Part shown: one piece after another, positions 53,462-64,000 of the stretch
Position numbering within the stretch: position 1 is the first letter of the stretch
How the letters are laid out: each line of letters opens with the position of its first letter
From: an uncultured Actinomycetota bacterium
GTDB taxonomy: Bacteria; Actinomycetota; Actinomycetes; Mycobacteriales; Mycobacteriaceae
Assembly (NCBI GenBank): GCA_963834615.1
Contig: CAWICO010000006.1
Span: 89,158-153,157 of the forward strand
Length of the DNA stretch: 64,000 nucleotides
Reading direction: 5' to 3'
Notes under the pieces: generated by a model
Told to the model about the DNA's origin: nothing
The model's input: only the letters and a program-made list of their open reading frames with translations
Database searches by the model: none
Made by a program: the position numbers and the translations under genes

Positions 53462-54041
53462 GTGAGCCAGCTGTCCTTCTTCTCGGCGGAGTCGGTGCCG
53501 CCTGCGGTCGGCGACCTCACCGGCGTGCTGGCGGCCGCGGGCCAGATCGTCACCGTCGGCAGCGGTGCCAGGCTGTCGGTGGTGGTCGACCAGCCCTGGC
53601 GTGCCGCCGCGCTGGCCCAGATGATCGACGAGGCCGGTATGACGGCTGAAATCACCGAAACGGACGAAAAGACGCCGCTGGTGCGTACCGCGGTCGACGC
53701 CAGGCTGCGTCCCATCGCCGGCGAATGGACCCGCGGCGCGGTGAAGACCGTGCCGCCGCTGTGGTTGCCCGGGCCGCGCGAACTGCGGGCCTGGATCCTT
53801 GCGGCCGGCAGCCCGGAAGCCGACCGCTATGTACTCGGACTGGATCCGCACGCGCCGGATACCCATTCGCCGCTGGCGTCGGCGTTGATGCGGGTCGGTA
53901 TAGCGCCGACCCTGATCGGTACTCGCGGTGCTCGGCCCGCGCTGCGGATCAGCGGTCGGCGGAGGCTATCGCGCCTGGTAGAGAATGTCGGGGAACCGCC
54001 AGACAGGAGTCGAGGCGTTTCAATACTGGCCGCACGTTTAG
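53462..54041 (+). CDS. Conserved hypothetical protein (Rv3647c-like); apparent frameshift near 54005
   Basis: MSQLSFFSAES…WTRGAVKTVP…RISGRRRLSRL. Confidence 0.8.
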
Positions 54042-54193
54042 CGGCAATTGGGCGACCGGTGAACGGGGGGTCGGTTTGCGTGGACCCATCCCGGGTGCCA
54101 CATTGTCAGTTGTCTAATGGGCCGATCGCACCGGAATTTTCTCTTTGGGACCGGCCCGAGCGCTGAAATAGCGGAAAGTGAGCGTAAGAACAG

Positions 54194-57020
<2,827 letters not shown>

Positions 57021-57171
57021 CGGGCTATTTTCCCGCGCGGCCGGGCCGCCTCGGCGATCCTGAGGAATCTTCCCAGAGTTTTTTGCTAAATAGGGGATGA
57101 TTCTCAGCCACTTCTCAGGTACAGTGCCCGTACACGTTGTGGAACCGCCGCTTCGCCGTCCGGAGAGAATC

Positions 57172-57585
57172 ATGCGATCCGTTGTCCGCTACTGCATCAC
57201 CGCTGGTGCTGCGCTCGGCGGTGTCAGCGTCATCATCGCAGCTCCCGCTGCGCCGCCGCTGAGTGACGTGCAAGTGCCCGCGGTGCAGCTCTCCGGCAAC
57301 ACGCACGAGAATCCCGATGCAAACAGCCCATCGGTGACCGACTTGCTGCAGATCATGAACGGCTCCGAAGCCCCGGTGGTGGTGCAGAACATCACCGAAT
57401 CCCAGACCGGAGTTTTCGAGGGAGAAACGCCTGCGACCGTGCCGGGCCTGAGTGACCTGCTGAACCTGGGTAGCGACCCGGCCAGCGTCACCGACTCGCA
57501 GGGCAAGGCGTACATCGATCTCGGGCCGCTGGTGCCGGGCGTTTTGACCCCGGCGCCGGCCGGTCCGCCACCTGCCGGCGGCTAA
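57172..57585 (+). CDS. Small secreted acidic, Pro-rich protein
   Basis: N-terminus YCITAGAALGGVSVIIAAPAAPPLSDVQVPAVQLS; GGAGAG RBS. Confidence 0.75.
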   Translation: MRSVVRYCITAGAALGGVSVIIAAPAAPPLSDVQVPAVQLSGNTHENPDANSPSVTDLLQIMNGSEAPVVVQNITESQTGVFEGETPATVPGLSDLLNLGSDPASVTDSQGKAYIDLGPLVPGVLTPAPAGPPPAGG

Positions 57586-57690
57586 TTCCGCGCGTCAGTT
57601 CTGCGGATCGAGGCCGCAATTTTTAGCTGCGAAGTGATTTTATGTCGCAGAACTGCGGCTTCGCCCGTTCAATATTCGCGGAATAACGTG

Positions 57691-59286
57691 CTACGGGGTT
57701 CTGCCAACCTTGCTGGACACGTGTTTCGGCGCGGCCAGATGAAGCGGCCGGGCCAGCTGGGTCGGGGCGGTGCGTCCGCGTAACGCGACGACCTCCGCGA
57801 CATCCCAGCACAGCGCCTCGGCATCCAGCGCGCAGCTGACTGCGACCGACGAGGCCAGCACGTGGCCGTCCTCCAGCTTGGCGAGCTCAGTCAGTCGCGC
57901 GGCCTCGTTGACCGGGTCGCCGATCACGGTGTACTCGAAGCGGGCCAGAGCGCCGATGTGGCCGGCGATGGCGCGGCCCGATGACACCCCGATGCCGAAC
58001 TCCGCCGAGCCGATCACCGGGAGCAGCTCGTCGTGCAGCTCGCGGGCCGCCGCCAGTGCGCCACCGGAGGCGTCCGGATGCTCGATCGGCGCGCCGAAGA
58101 TGGCCAACGCCGCGTCACCCTGGAACTTGTTGACGAAACCGCCATGCCGGCCGACGGTGTCCACCACCACGCGGAAGAACTCGTTGAGCATGCCGACCAC
58201 CTCGGCCGGTGGTCTCGTCGAGGCCAGTTTGGTCGAGCCGACCAGGTCGACGAACAGGACTGCGACGTCGCGTTCCTGGCCGCCCAACTCGGTGCCGCGC
58301 TCGAGCGCGCGACGGGCGACATCCTCGCCGACGTAGCGACCGAACAGGTCGCGCAGCCGCTGCCGCTCGGATAGCTCGCGGACCATGTCGTTGAAGCCGG
58401 CCTGCAGCAGGCCCAGCTCGCTGGCATCGTAGATCTGCATGTGGGCGTTGTAGTTACCGCGCTGCACCTCACCGAGCGCCCAGCGCAGCTGTCGCAGTGG
58501 GTCGGCGATCGACATGGCCACCAGCAGCGTGCTGGCGAACCCGATGCCCAACGCCAGCAACGCGAGCAACAGGATCGGGTTCAGTAGCTTCTCCGGCGGC
58601 CCGTGAAGATACGCAGCTTTATCGGCAACCACGGCCAGCACGATCGTCAAAACCGGCACGCCCGTCGACAACGCCCAGGCCAACAGCTGGCGCCCGATGA
58701 CACCCGAGGCCCGGATGTTGTCCGGCAGGCCGCCGCGCAGCGCGGCAACGGCGACTGGGCGCAGCACACGCTCGGATTGCAGGTAGCCGATGATGGCGGT
58801 GGCGGTGGCGCCCAGCGCAGTGGCGACGGCCACCACCGGCGCCGCGTGCTTGGCCACCGGCCAGCTGGCGATGATGAAGATCACGCCACCGATGCACCAC
58901 GACGACAGGTTGATCAGCGTGCGGTAGAACGGCGTCCGTAGCGCCCGGCTACGAGCCAACGCGGTGTCGGCGGGGTCGGTATCGGCGAGCAGGCCGTCAC
59001 GGCGTTGCCAGCGGAACACCGGCACCAGCAGCCGCGCGCTGATCGCGGTTCCGACGACGAACAGCAGCACAATCGAGCCGGCGAAGATTGCCAGGTTGGG
59101 ACCCGGCAGCTCTTGCAGCTCGATGCGGTCTTCTGGCGGCAGGCCGTACCGGAGGAATCCCAGTACCAGCAGCGCACCGATGATGTCGGCCTGCAGCTGG
59201 CTCAAGGTGAAGACCGGCCACGGCGTGCGCACAAACCATTGGACGAATCCACTGATTCGCCCTGGAAGTGCTGCTGCCGTGCTCAC
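57691..59286 (-). CDS. Membrane HAMP-class III adenylate cyclase (Rv3645-like)
   Basis: 6 TM, HAMP, LFVDLVGST, KFQGDA, IGDPVNEAARL. Confidence 0.93.
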   Translation of the reverse strand: MSTAAALPGRISGFVQWFVRTPWPVFTLSQLQADIIGALLVLGFLRYGLPPEDRIELQELPGPNLAIFAGSIVLLFVVGTAISARLLVPVFRWQRRDGLLADTDPADTALARSRALRTPFYRTLINLSSWCIGGVIFIIASWPVAKHAAPVVAVATALGATATAIIGYLQSERVLRPVAVAALRGGLPDNIRASGVIGRQLLAWALSTGVPVLTIVLAVVADKAAYLHGPPEKLLNPILLLALLALGIGFASTLLVAMSIADPLRQLRWALGEVQRGNYNAHMQIYDASELGLLQAGFNDMVRELSERQRLRDLFGRYVGEDVARRALERGTELGGQERDVAVLFVDLVGSTKLASTRPPAEVVGMLNEFFRVVVDTVGRHGGFVNKFQGDAALAIFGAPIEHPDASGGALAAARELHDELLPVIGSAEFGIGVSSGRAIAGHIGALARFEYTVIGDPVNEAARLTELAKLEDGHVLASSVAVSCALDAEALCWDVAEVVALRGRTAPTQLARPLHLAAPKHVSSKVGRTP

Positions 59287-59391
59287 CTGCCCACCGTATC
59301 GGTCGCCGGGGACCAAGAAGTAGCCAAAACATTCCGTGCGGGGCCGATTGTGTTGCAGTCGTGTCAGCGGCGGGCACTACTGTTTCAAATA

Positions 59392-60588
59392 ATGTCGCGG
59401 GTATTCACACGGCTGGTTGGCCAGGAGTCGGTCGAGACTGACCTGGTCGCTGCCGCTGCGGCGGCCCGTGGTGATTCGCCTCACACGGCCGCGATGACGC
59501 ACGCCTGGCTGATCACCGGCCCGCCCGGATCGGGCCGCTCGATCGCTGCGCTGTGCTTTGCCGCCGCCCTGCAGTGCACATCCGACGGCGTACCGGGCTG
59601 CGGAGAATGCCGGTCGTGCTCGACGACGATGGCCGGCACCCACGCCGACGTGCGGCGCGTCATCCCCGAAGGGCTCTCCATCGGTGTCGATGAGATGCGC
59701 GCGATCGTGCAGATCGCCTCGCGGCGGCCCAGCACCGGTCGCTGGCAGATTGTGCTGATCGAGGACGCCGACCGGCTGACCGAAGGCGCGGCGAACGCTT
59801 TGCTCAAGGTGGTCGAGGAGCCACCGACCCGCACGGTGTTCCTGCTGTGCGCGCCGTCGGTGGACCCCGAAGACATCGCGATCACGCTGCGGTCCCGCTG
59901 CCGGCACGTCGCGTTGGTCACCCCGCCGCCGGAGGCCATCGCCCAGGTATTGATCGACAACGACGGCCTGTCCGCGGAGACCGCGGGCTGGGCCGCATCG
60001 GTCAGCGGCGGTCATGTGGGCCGGGCGCGCCGACTGGCCACCGACCCGGACGCCCGGGATCGACGGCTGCAGGCGCTGGGGCTGGCCCGCGACGCGGCGA
60101 CCCGCTCGAAGGCTTACGCCGCGGGCGAAGCGCTGGTTGCCGCCGCGGAGACGGAAGCGACGGAGCTGACCGCCGGGCGGGCCGAGGCCGAGACCGAAGA
60201 ACTGCGCACCGCGCTGGGCGCGGGTGGCACCGGTAAGGGCACCGCCGGGGCGCTGCGTGGTTCCACCGGCGCGATCAAAGACCTTGAGCGACGGCAGAAG
60301 TCGCGTCAGACCCGGGCATCACGCGATTCGCTGGATCGCGCGCTGATCGACCTGGCGACGTACTTTCGGGACGCGCTGCTGGTCTCGGCCAGCGCGGGAG
60401 GCGTGCGACTCAACCATCCGGACATGGCAGAGCAGATCGCGGCGATGGCCGCCCACGCCCCACCCGAGCGATTGCTGCGCTGCATCGAAGCGGTGCTGGG
60501 CTGCCGCGAGGCGCTCGCCATCAACGTCAAGCCCAAGTTCGCCGTCGACGCCATGGTCGCGACGATCGGTCAGGCACTGCGCGACTAG
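59392..60588 (+). CDS. holB: DNA polymerase III delta' subunit
   Basis: HAWLITGPPGSGRS, CGECRSC, ANALLKVVEEP, TLRSRC. Confidence 0.95.
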   Translation: MSRVFTRLVGQESVETDLVAAAAAARGDSPHTAAMTHAWLITGPPGSGRSIAALCFAAALQCTSDGVPGCGECRSCSTTMAGTHADVRRVIPEGLSIGVDEMRAIVQIASRRPSTGRWQIVLIEDADRLTEGAANALLKVVEEPPTRTVFLLCAPSVDPEDIAITLRSRCRHVALVTPPPEAIAQVLIDNDGLSAETAGWAASVSGGHVGRARRLATDPDARDRRLQALGLARDAATRSKAYAAGEALVAAAETEATELTAGRAEAETEELRTALGAGGTGKGTAGALRGSTGAIKDLERRQKSRQTRASRDSLDRALIDLATYFRDALLVSASAGGVRLNHPDMAEQIAAMAAHAPPERLLRCIEAVLGCREALAINVKPKFAVDAMVATIGQALRD

Positions 60589-60641
60589 GAATTGGGCGGT
60601 TCCCGGGCCCTGTCGTAGACTCGTGCCGCCCGCCAGGGCAC

Positions 60642-60714
60642 GCCACCTTAGCTCAGTCGGTAGAGCGGCTCACTCGTAATGAGCAGGTCAGGAGTTCGAC
60701 TCTCCTAGGTGGCT
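60642..60714 (+). tRNA. tRNA-Thr(CGT)
   Basis: GCCACCTTAGCTCAGTCGGTAGAGC…CTCGTAA loop…GTTCGACTC; CCA not encoded. Confidence 0.96.
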
Positions 60715-60733
60715 CTCATTGTGTGTGTCTGGG

Positions 60734-63473
<2,740 letters not shown>

Positions 63474-63591
63474 GTACGCACCGACACCTGCGGTTAATTG
63501 ATCAGGTAGAGTCCAATCTCTTGCCTCGGCAACGCGAGCGGCAACATCCGGACAGTTTGGCGGCAAGGAGATCTAGAGATGACCGGTGAGC

Positions 63592-63729
63592 ATGGTCGCG
63601 ACGGAGCTGCGGATTCGACGGCCTGGCGAGCGCTGGGCCGGATCAGGCCTCGACTGGTGGGCCACAATTGTCGCCGGCGTCGTGGTGTTGTTGGCTGTGG
63701 CCGGGCTGCTGCCCAAGATTCCGTGGTGA
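63592..63729 (+). CDS. 45-aa single-TM protein; RBS fits ATG 63579 better, implying a frameshift
   Basis: …GLDWWATIVAGVVVLLAVAGLLPKIPW*. Confidence 0.6.
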   Translation: MVATELRIRRPGERWAGSGLDWWATIVAGVVVLLAVAGLLPKIPW

Positions 63730-63733
63730 CCCG

Positions 63734-64000
63734 GTGAGCACCGTCGTCGACGACCAGGCCGAACCGGACGAAGCAAGCTTGACCAGCGGGAACGTTGTTC
63801 GCGTATGTGCCTGGCGTGCTGCTGCTGATCGCAGTGGGACTGCTCGGCAAGTATTCTCAGACGTGGTGGAATTCGCTTGCCCGTCAGGAACATTGGGTCG
63901 TGCCGGACATCGAGTACGTGCTGTGGGCGATTCTGATCGGCCTGCTCGTGACCAACACCTCGGCGTGCACCGCGTCTTCCGGGCTGGCGTTCAGACCTAC
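63734..64000 (+). CDS. 5' part of a YeiH-like (putative sulfate exporter) transporter; apparent frameshifts; runs off the window
   Basis: [29 protein letters not shown]. Confidence 0.6.
   Translation, partial: MSTVVDDQAEPDEASLTSGNVVRVCAWRAAADRSGTARQVFSDVVEFACPSGTLGRAGHRVRAVGDSDRPARDQHLGVHRVFRAGVQTY

Overview
High-GC mycobacterial chromosome segment, largely syntenic (inverted) with M. tuberculosis Rv3699 to Rv3634c; Rv orthologies are recognised from protein sequence plus gene order, not from a database search. The core includes glpK, a MoxR AAA+ cluster, tRNA-Pro, ponA2, whiB4, an ArsA-like ATPase pair, crp, the nth-marP operon, acs, dppABCD, Ms1 and 6C RNAs, the ssd/Tad pilus locus, a DUF1998 helicase, cspA, topA, an adenylate cyclase, holB, tRNA-Thr and galE1. 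Accessory content is (i) a 13.7-17.4 kb island whose three transcription units each carry a SigF-type promoter, including an uncharacterised trio of HemK-like methyltransferase, CDGSH Fe-S protein and heme-oxygenase-like diiron enzyme (best candidate for an undescribed system), and (ii) three unrelated secreted proteins almost devoid of basic residues. Many genes, including essential topA, are broken by 1-bp indels concentrated at 40-56 kb, most likely consensus sequencing errors. No CRISPR array, integrase or IS element was seen.
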